64,000 nt of DNA from Amoebophrya sp. A120 (Eukaryota > Protista > Dinoflagellata): positions 11,439,114-11,503,113 of the forward strand of contig CAJINV010000004.1 in the NCBI GenBank assembly GCA_905178155.1, written 5' to 3'. Shown here piece after piece: positions 55,801-64,000 of this stretch. Under the pieces are notes generated by a model. It was given only the letters and a program-made list of their open reading frames with translations. It was not told where the DNA came from and did no database searches. The position numbers and the translations under genes were made by a program. How positions within the stretch are numbered: the first letter of the stretch is position 1; the number at the start of each line of letters is the position of its first letter.

Positions 55801-58800
55801 GCAGCCGACGTCGCACAGGAGTAACAGCGCCTGGGTGATTCGCTGGTCCGGCGGCGCGTCCAGCGCGTCGCGGAACAACGTCGGTTGAAACCCCGCGACG
55901 AGAACGGAAAGCATCGGCTCCGTCAAGCTGCACCGCAGCAGCTCCGGGACCGGCGCGGGCAGGAAATTCTTGTCAAACCGCCTCTTTGTGTACAAGCGGA
56001 AGCAGAAACCGCTCCGGACGCGCCCGGCCCGCCCCTTCCTCTGGATCGCCTCGGCGCGGGAGACAAATACTTCCTTCAGGCTGGACGTGTTGGACGCTTC
56101 GTGGTAGCTGTTCTGCTTCACTTTGCCCGCGTCCACGACAAAAACAATGTCGGGGATGGTCACGCCCGTTTCCGCGATGTTTGTGGAAAGCACAATCTTC
56201 CGCTTCCCTTTCGCCGCGGGTTGGAACGCGGTCTTTTGGTCCGACAACTGGGAGTGCAAACTGAGAATCGTGAACTCGCTTTCGTCGCCAAACCACTCGG
56301 TCGAGTACAAGTGGTTCAAACACCGGGAGATTTCCGGCATACCGGGTAGAAACACCAACACCGCGCCCTCGTGCCGTGCGATCTTCTCTTGCGTGGATAA
56401 GCGCTCAATCCACCGCAGCGTTTCTTCGATCAGCTCGTAGTTGATCGCGGAGTGGTCCATGAACTGCAGCGTCTCGACCGTTTTCGGGCTGTAAAGAATC
56501 TTCTGGCCGTATTTGTCCTTTCCACTCGTGTCGGGGAGCTTCACGTCGGCCTTCATGCTCTCTGTCTGCTCGTCGTCGTCGAGGAGATTGTTTGTTGTTT
56601 GTTTCCCATAGTTTTTCGAGTGGTACCACTTCGCGGCGAAGTCCCGCTCCTGCTCGGAAAGTTGAAATTCCGTTTGCTCGACGACGTCTTCCAGGAAGAA
56701 TTCCTGCACCGGAAAAATCCTCCCGGGCACGGAGACAAACCCCACGCGGCACAGCTCCGCGGACCTGCTCCAGTCTTGCGCCATTTCTGTTGGAGAGGCG
56801 GAAGGGTTTTGTGACATCGCGGCTCTGTTTGTGTTCTCCTCCCCATCTTCATCCTCGTCGTCGTCGTTGTCCCAGTCGTCCTCGTCCGCAGCGGGTTTAT
56901 CTTTTCTACTGATTGCTGTTTTCTTTTTCGCTGAGCCGTTTTCACTTGCACAAGGACCTTCCAGACCGAGCTGGATCCCACGGGGGGAGACCACCGGAGA
57001 TGATACATCAACTCCCCTGTCGTCTTCTTTCGTCGCCATGCTCAAGCCGTGGAAATAGTTGATCAGTTTCTCCGAGTCCGCGGTGGCGGACATCAAGCAG
57101 AGATTCAGTTTTGACCGCGGCAACTGGCGCTTCAGCAACAATAGCGCCAGGTCCGACTCCGCGGTCCGCTCGTGGACCTCGTCCACGAAGACGTGCGTGA
57201 CGTTTTGCAAGTACGGGTCGTGCTTCAGCCGCTGGAGCAACACCCCAATGGTGCAGAACAGCAGTCTGCACTTCACCGGGTGCGCTTTCTTCTCCAACCG
57301 GATCTGGTACCCGACCAGCCCGCTGCCGCAACTGTGCTCGCCCATCTCCTGCGCGACCCGCTGGGCGACGGACATCGCGGAAATCCGCCGGGGCTCGGTC
57401 ACGAGGATGGTGGGAAGAGGTTTGTCTTGCGGGTCGGAATCGTCTGACGTCGTGTTCTCCTTATTGTAGAGCTCCAGCAACGCGTGCTCGAGGATGTACT
57501 GGGGCACCTGTGTTGTCTTCCCGCTACCCGTAGAACCGGACACGACGGAAACCCGGTGAGAATTCACCATAGAAATGATCTCCTCCTTGAATTCCGCTAC
57601 CGGAAGTTCGCTTCGGATTATGCAGAAGCAAAAATTTTGACTCAAGGAATCGTCTGAAGAAGAATCTGTAGGTAGAAGATGAGATTACAGTTTGGCATTT
57701 GCCGCCCTGATGATAGCAACATGAGCGGCCGTAGGACGACCAGGTGCCGCTGTAGTAAATCACGGTACTTAGAATACGTAAATTGCTCATTGCAAATCGA
57801 CAACTTCATGCAGAGGAAAAAAGACGTTTCGATTCAAAATTCTTCTTAATATGCATAGTCTGCCTCTGAAGATTGTGTCGCCGCTCGTGATTGCTGACGA
57901 AGTATTCGGCGAGCTCCTGGTCGATCTTTTTTTTGTCTTTCTGCTTTACCGACGTGACCGCGGGCTGGAACTCTTCCTCTGATTCTTGCGGCGCTTCTTC
58001 GATAGTATCTGAAGACTTCTTTGTCGCACTACCTTCTCTACCTTTCGTCTTCCCCGCGACCTTTTCCGCGGAGAAAAACACTGGGCGGCTGACGGAAAAA
58101 TCTTTCAATTCCGACATCGAACCAGGACTCGGCTGTATCATGTTCCCGGTAGCTCCTGCTTCAGAAGAAACACCTGCCGCGAACTCACCATTGCCCAAAA
58201 ATTTCTCTAATCCCTCAACGCTCGCCTCCCCGCACAGCTCGAGACAGAGCTTCACCCGTGGTCGGATGCGCATCCGCGCGGCTTCTAGTCTTTCCTGTTC
58301 CCGCTTCCGGACCATGTCGTTGTAGAAGGATTTAAACGCCGGGGGGAGCAACTCTTGCACGTTGTTCAGCATCGGGGTGGCGGAGTCCGAGCCGTACTGG
58401 AGGTGAAACAGCACAATATCCACTGCAAAAGAATCGTACTCGTACTAATTGCAAATGTGCATGATTTTTCGTAGGGAAAAACACCATTACAAATTCCAAT
58501 TTCCTTCTTGCCAAAATTTGTCATGCAATTTATACTAGTACGATACTTTTGCAATGCATACACAAACGTGCTGACCAACTCAATCGCGTCTTTTTTCTTC
58601 TTGCAGCGAAAAGGCACCTCCAGGTCGTGGACGACGCTACTGCCGCAGACGATTTGCACACGGCCGACTCCCAGCTTGTTCACGGATTTTTTCGTCAGGT
58701 GCTGCTTCCCGAGCTGTTTGGCGACGAGGTTGTCCAAGACTTGCGCCGGCGTTTTCCCGGTCCAGCTGTTGTGGATAAACAGGTTTTCCTTTAGCGGGAA

Positions 58801-60390
58801 CTGCTTTTGCTGCAGCAGCTTCTTCGGGAGAGGTTTAATCGGGACCTTCCGCACCTCCGGGTCCGGCTGCTTCGAAACGTCGGAAGCTGCTGCAGACACA
58901 AGAGCGGCAGCTGCTCCGGTCGCAACCACGCTAGTAGAAGCAGGTGTCGCAGTTTTGCTTTCTGTTGTAGGAACATGTCCAAGCTCAGACACAACAACTC
59001 CCGCCTCCTCTTGTTGCTCTCCGTCGCCAAAGAGGTCCGGGAGTTCCACATCTTCCTGGTCTGCCGTAGTTCCCGCTTCGTCATTCAACATGTCCGGTTC
59101 GATTTCAATCTCGTCATCGTCAACATCCTCCATGTCCTCCTCCTCAACGTCGTTCCCTTGTTCGTCAACGGCTTTGCTGGGCTGCTGTTGGCCTGGACCT
59201 TGCCCTCCTCCATCGTTAATATTCTCCTCTTCCGAAGACACGTTGTCCAGAATCCACTGCTTGGCGCAACTCTCCTTTTCCAAGCGTTTCGCCTCCCGCT
59301 TCTTCCGCGCCGCCTCCTGCTGCGCCCTGCGCCGCGCCGCCCGCTCCTCGGCCACCTTCCGCTCCAGTTCCTCTGCTTCTAGCTGCTTCCGGCGCCGCTC
59401 GAACGCAGTAAACGCGGTACGCTCTTCATCGGACTGCAACGCCGCGGGGAGAAACCGGGGCGTCGTGGTTACTAGCGGCTCTTGTTCACTTTGCATCTTC
59501 ACCGCAGTAGTTGCAGCAGAAGCTACTGTGTCGGAGGTCGTCTCAGGGGCTAGAGGCGCAGTAGTGGCACCACTGCTTTCCGCCGAGGAACTCACCCCGC
59601 CACTGTCCTTGTTTCCACCACCCTCTTCCGCGGTTTCCTGCTTGCTCGCCAGCAGAAACTCTGAGTATAGTGTCAGGTACTCCGTCGCGGCCCGGTGGTC
59701 GTACCCGTACGTGGCCCGCATACCCTTCTCGATCAGGTCGTCGGCGAAGCCGAGATCTTGCAGTTCCTGGTAGACGGCGGAGAGCTTCTCATACGTCATC
59801 TTCTTGATTCGATACGCGTCGGGAAAGTACAGGCTGCGGACGATGGGGTCGAAGGTGCGGACATCAGTGCAGCCGGAAGTGGGAGTCACAACTACAGCTG
59901 AGTTTACTTCGGTTCTTGATTTGCCGTTCAAATTCTCACCCTGTTCCAAGAAAAATCGAAACAGCCCTGCTTCCAACTCGGAGCTGAGCGTGACCGCGCC
60001 GGCCGGTCGCAGGTGCGTGCCGCGCTGCAGTCGGGAATTCGTGCCGCTCTCCAGTTTCGCAATTTCCTCGGTCTCCCGCTGCGCGTAGAGCTCCTCGACG
60101 GAAAGAAGGCCCGCATTGGCTCTGTCGCCGGGTTGTTGATGGCCGGCTGCGTTTCTGCCGCCTTTGTCGTTTCCGGTTCCCTGCTGGGTTTTGCTATCGG
60201 CGTCGTCGCCGAGAAGGGCTTTCTTTGCCGCCTCCTCCGCGGCGAGGCGCTCGTGCTCTTTTCGAAGTTCCTCTTCCTCCTTGGCTTTTTCGATCGCCTT
60301 CGCCTCGTCCTCGATGTTCTTTTTGGACTTCACGCTGCTGGTCGCGAACACCGGCGGGGGCCCGGTGGGCTTCTTTTTCTTGCCGCCCAT
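52900..60390 (-). CDS. DHX29: DEAH/RHA-family RNA helicase, DHX29-like, multi-exon
   Basis: MGGKKKK start, UBA-like region, SWTGKTP, LLPPAF; GSTGSGKTTQVPQY, EPRRISAMSVA, DEVHER, MSAT, FLPG, STNIAETGVTI, QRKGRAGR, TPLG, SDHLA, LHPHS, YLRDAT. The frame is restored across six TIR introns and one degenerate one. Confidence 0.9.
53428..53954. mobile_element. TIR intron element, family G, expanded by a nested insertion
   Basis: TATGAACTGCAAGAGTATCGTACTCGTAT...ATACGAGTGCGATACTTTTGCACAGGATA; TSD GAGAT; removal gives LVIS|AGNEQ. Confidence 0.92.
53520..53887. mobile_element. 368-bp nested insertion flanked by a 17-bp direct repeat (retroposon-like)
   Basis: ATTTACGTTAAAAAGAA at 53503-53519 and 53888-53904; removal leaves a 142-bp host, the size of the other family G elements (144 and 150 bp). 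Confidence 0.8.
54046..54298. mobile_element. TIR intron element, family A
   Basis: TSD GGCGA; removal gives PNIA|RMEHA. Confidence 0.95.
54655..54977. mobile_element. TIR intron element, family F
   Basis: TATTGAGAGGAAAAATCCCCCCTCCCCATATCGAAAAGG TIR; TSD CAGCA; removal gives AELL|RDFEK. Confidence 0.95.
55085..55307. mobile_element. TIR intron element, family H
   Basis: TATCCCAGTGCACAAACCCCCCTCCCC...GGGGAGGGGGAGTTGTAGTGCACTTTCATA; TSD TTTCG; removal gives DDAK|KQQAK. Confidence 0.9.
55366..55574. mobile_element. TIR intron element, family C
   Basis: TSD GTGCG; removal gives TVSA|LSIASS. Confidence 0.95.
57619..57857. mobile_element. Degenerate TIR intron element
   Basis: TATGCA...TGCATA ends with an imperfect TIR (AATTTTGA.TC...CGTCT). 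Flanks CGGAT/GTCTG do not match, but removing the element plus 5 nt restores LQR|IRSELP. Confidence 0.65.
58417..58560. mobile_element. TIR intron element, family G (144 bp)
   Basis: TATCCACTGCAAAAGAATCGTACTCGTA...TACTAGTACGATACTTTTGCAATGCATA; TSD CACAA; removal gives STFV|LFHLQ. Confidence 0.93.
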
Positions 60391-60479
60391 GGGTTTTTAT
60401 TTTCTTGGTTTTCAAAAGTCTTGCGCTTGCCTGCTGAATGAATTTTGTAATGGTGTAAAGGACAATCGATATTGAGTTG

Positions 60480-61600
60480 GAGGCGCGGGGTCGGGCGAAG
60501 AGAGATAACGCAAGCAGAGGGCTAGACTATGTTCTCTTGCGAGAAAGAACCTTTTCGGCGTTGTGGCGTTGTTAATACTGGTGTGGCAGTGCTCGGAAGG
60601 GTCGCTGATTTTAAGTTTTAGGGCGGCGATCACTGTACGAGGCGGTGCTTCGTTGTGAAAAATTGAGAGCATGTTGAAGTAAAAATTTTCCGTTCCTGAT
60701 CTCCGAAAAATAGAAAAATAAAGCGCGCACCATCTGACGTGACGGAGCCGAAAGTTTTGGGTGAAAAATGAAAACGGGATCCTGCGAAATTTTTTGGAAA
60801 GGGGTGCGTGAAGTTCCTCTTGTTTTTTCAAAGGCGCCGCGCCCGTCGTACCACATAACAGGCGGAAAGCTTCTCTACTCTTTTGCGTTGCGTATAAAAG
60901 AAAGCCTCCGACTAATTGGACCTGCATTTGCGCTACTCTGCTCGTCCGGGAATAAAGCAAGACAGATGAAGGACGCAAAATGTTTCTCCACTCGGACGCC
61001 CGCCGCGCTGTCTGACGACGTGCGACCAATTTGGTATACGGCCGGGCCAGCGCGCTTCAGAATCAACGAATCGTGGCACGATATGCAAAACCACGAGGCG
61101 CGGTTAAAGCCGAAGCGCCTGAGAGGCGCAGTGGCCTTCCGCTGTATTGCGGACCCCGACCGACCGGCCGCAGAGGGCGGGGAGGAGGGGGGCGGAGGCA
61201 TGGCGTCCCGGTGCGAGAGGATAGGAGAGCCCTCCTGATTGCAAAACCTGTTCCGCCCCACGGCTCCGGCCGACAAAAAGGCGGCGCAGAGTACAAGACA
61301 GCAAGCGCGGCAGGGCCGTGTCGCGCCGCAAAATGTCCAGTGGCCCGCGCAGGCTCGGCTGCTCAGGAACCGGAATCCGGAATAAGCGGGCAAGCGGGGC
61401 GGTTCGCGGGTGGTTTTGCCTTCTTTTCACCGGCGGGATCGGCGCGGGGCCGCGCTTGCAGTGCCCGGCCCGATCTCCGAAAATTCCGAACACCGGCCCA
61501 GCAAGTGGCACGCGTCGGCGGCGGCGGCTCGGCTTCACAACCTAGCGCAGAGTAGCACCCCCGGGCAGGCTACGGACGGTCTTGCGTCGCCCCGCCGTGG
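60480..61600 (-). mobile_element. Possible decayed non-LTR (LINE) retrotransposon fragment
   Basis: QKSREAFRLLCGTTGAAPLKKQEEL resembles the post-RT R-x-I-x-G-A...TP...E-L segment of LINE ORF2; GC-rich and frame-disrupted. Confidence 0.3.
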
Positions 61601-63144
61601 GCACAGCAGCACCCTATGGCCTGGTTGACACCACCGGATCCGACGAAGAAAGTATTAGAAAAAAAGTACTTGCATCGCGTCACTTTATGGTATACAAGGG
61701 CCGGAATCCGGTCCATAATAGCACTCTGGGCCGGTCAGTCAGTGTCTTTTTGTGACCTTTCCATCGACAAGAGCCGATCTGGCTTGTCCCTATGGGTTCC
61801 ACCTGGACTAGGAAAGGTCCAGAAATTTTCCGCGATTTGGAAAAGAAGGCCCATAATCCAAGCGCGGATCTGATCGGCTTCTACAGGTCAAAATAGGCTA
61901 CAAAATCATTACTATGAAGAACGTGGGTTCTGTCATTATAAAAAACACTGATAGTTGGGGCACCAGACATCCCATCAAAAATTGTGCAATTTTTGTAAAT
62001 TTTTGAAAATCATGGAAAAACTGTAAAAATGCAAAGCCATTAAGTGCAACAACTGAACAAAGTCAAAAAGGCAATGCATTATATCCATTTTCTTGCAGTA
62101 TCTAGACAATTTTTGGGCCTTTCTGTCAGCTCGTCACTTTTTGAAATTTTTTTGAAATTTTTGAAAAGTGTGCAGCCCACTCTTATAGGCACGACGATTG
62201 CACTTCTTTAAGTGCCATCGTGTCATAATGATGCTCTTTGTTTACTCTTCACTATTTTTTAACATATTTTATAGTATATTTTTTGAGCGTTTGACTGAGC
62301 TCAATTTTTTTATTTTTTTAAATTTTCCAAATTACTATAAAGATTCCTGATGTATAGACCATCTGATCAAATAGATGATAAGAGGCAGAGAAGCTATATA
62401 TTGAACACATTCTATCGGTGATCGTTATCGGATTTTTATGTGATCTGGGCGTAAATTAATTTTTTGAAATTTTCGCAAATCTTGCAAATTGAGAAGATTT
62501 TTCTGTAGTGGACCCAATTCCTTCTGGTCAATGAAATTGGACAGGAAAGCCATTGACTACAATCCCAGCACTCTCATTTCTTATCAGATTTCACAGCACG
62601 GGCACCAGATGTGCAATTTCAAAAATTTTTTTCATTTTTGGAAAATATACTAATAATTGCCATAATCAAAGTAATGCAATCCATTCAATCAAGTCAGGCA
62701 GAAAAGCAGTGGGCTTCTGATTGGGCGTCCGATTTGACCGGTCCGGCGCCCTACATGGAGTCTCGATATGCTGAAAAAAGGTCCACTTCTTTTTCCTCTT
62801 CCGTCTTCCTACTTCTACACTCACGTGGTGAACACAAGACCGCCTGGCCCCAAGCGCGATCGTCGAGCGCGCCCGCAGAGGCTGCTCTCCACCGACGAGC
62901 ACAGCAAGCGCGGATATCGACCTGGCGATATCGAGGGCAGGTGGGGCCCCGCTCAAACGCACCAACACAGACAACGCCACCTCGTCGGTGAGCAGCAACC
63001 TCGCGAACGCGAAAGACGATCAATCCTGCACCGCGATTGAACAGAGCAATCGGCGCAAGTAGCGGCCTTGCAATCACCACAACAGGCATACGACGATCAT
63101 ACAATTTCCAAAAAATCACTTTCACAAAAAAGCCAGCAGAAAGC

Positions 63145-63183
63145 GATCATCATACACGAGATCATACACGAAGATCATGCACG
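63145..63183. repeat. Short tandem repeat downstream of the RNase H ORF
   Basis: GATCAT(A/G)CACG-like unit, about three copies. Confidence 0.6.
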
Positions 63184-63199
63184 TCGATCGGAAACAGGC

Positions 63200-64000
63200 T
63201 TAGTCACTAAGACCATCTACAGACGACTCTGAGTCGCCTTCTGTAGTTTCATCTCCTCCAAACGCCATGGCGTTGGCCGTGGTGACGACATTGGGCGCCA
63301 CGTCGCCCAACAAAATCTTCCGAAAATACGCATCCACTCCAAAGCCTTCCACCACCTCCTTGAACAAGGAGGGGAAGACCCGCAGCAGCACCGCCATCTT
63401 CTCGTCCCGGGTGGGGTAATCCGCCAGATTAAAATCTGACGGCACCCGGGTAAACCACGGCTTCAAGCTGAAGCGCGCCGCCAGCGTCCACGTCTCCGCG
63501 CACAGCCGCGTGAGCATTCTTTTCTGCTTCCCACTCTTCCCCTGCGCCAGCAGGCTCAACTGTGCGCAGGTGTTGTCGATCGCGTGATCGAACCTGCGCC
63601 CCTGCAACTGCGACTGGTAAAACATGAAGGAGAGGGGGACGGCCGCGGTCTCCAAAACGTTTATCGGGTACAGCCGGCACTCCTCGTGCAGTATCGCGGA
63701 CCACACGTTTTGCCTGACACAAAAGAACTCGCCATCCTTGACCAGGACGGCGGCGATCGCGCCTTTTTTATCGGACCACTGCGCGTCCGTGTACATGAGC
63801 AGGCTGACCTGCGACTGTTGCTCGAACGCAACTGCCCGCTTCAGCGGCATCTGCATGACTTTTTTCACCATGTACAGGGCATCCGCAACTGCGCGAGAAA
63901 CTGCAACTTCCTCCTTCGCCAAATGCCTCCCCAGGGGCTTAGTCAGCGGATTAAGCGCCCTGTCCGCCACCGCTGCCAACGTGAAGGTGAGCCGTCCCAC
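63200..64000 (-). mobile_element. DIRS/Ngaro-like retrotransposon RT-RNase H, C-terminal part (5'-partial)
   Basis: GRLTF..., YTDA, INVLETAAV, IDNT, GKS, WFTRVPSDFNLADYPTR give the D-E-D-D pattern typical of DIRS1-type RNase H. Confidence 0.8.

Noticed and set aside
57634-57646. ATTTTGACTCAAG resembling the 3' end of the dinoflagellate spliced leader
   Set aside because: Short imperfect match, antisense to the gene and inside a degenerate TIR; probably chance.

Overview
Eukaryotic genomic DNA. It is most consistent with a parasitic syndinian dinoflagellate such as Amoebophrya; this is inferred from the one-strand gene block and the non-canonical inverted-repeat introns. All recognisable genes lie on the minus strand: a mitochondrion-targeted pyruvate:ferredoxin oxidoreductase (PFO/PNO, 3' end outside the window), RPA3-like, two large hypothetical genes, a PPPDE/DeSI peptidase, a nitronate monooxygenase/FabK-like flavoenzyme, splicing factor ESS2, a small Cys-rich secreted protein, a TsaE-TsaD(Qri7-type) fusion, a tandem family of signal-peptide/RING-like/ankyrin-like genes, a DHX29-like helicase, and LINE-like and DIRS-like retroelement remnants. 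The dominant signal is 26 complete MITE-like elements (144-322 bp, one expanded to 527 bp), plus 2 partial and 1 degenerate, from about 9 terminal-inverted-repeat families. All sit inside coding exons, are bounded by TAT...ATA and are flanked by a 5-bp target-site duplication (TSD). In the three intact host genes, removing the element plus one TSD copy restores the reading frame at every site, whatever the element's orientation, and without GT-AG ends. They coexist with ordinary GT-AG introns in the same genes. The 34-56 kb region looks like a tandem segmental duplication with a secondary deletion and a collapsed assembly gap. All boundaries were read by eye; no searches or alignments were run.
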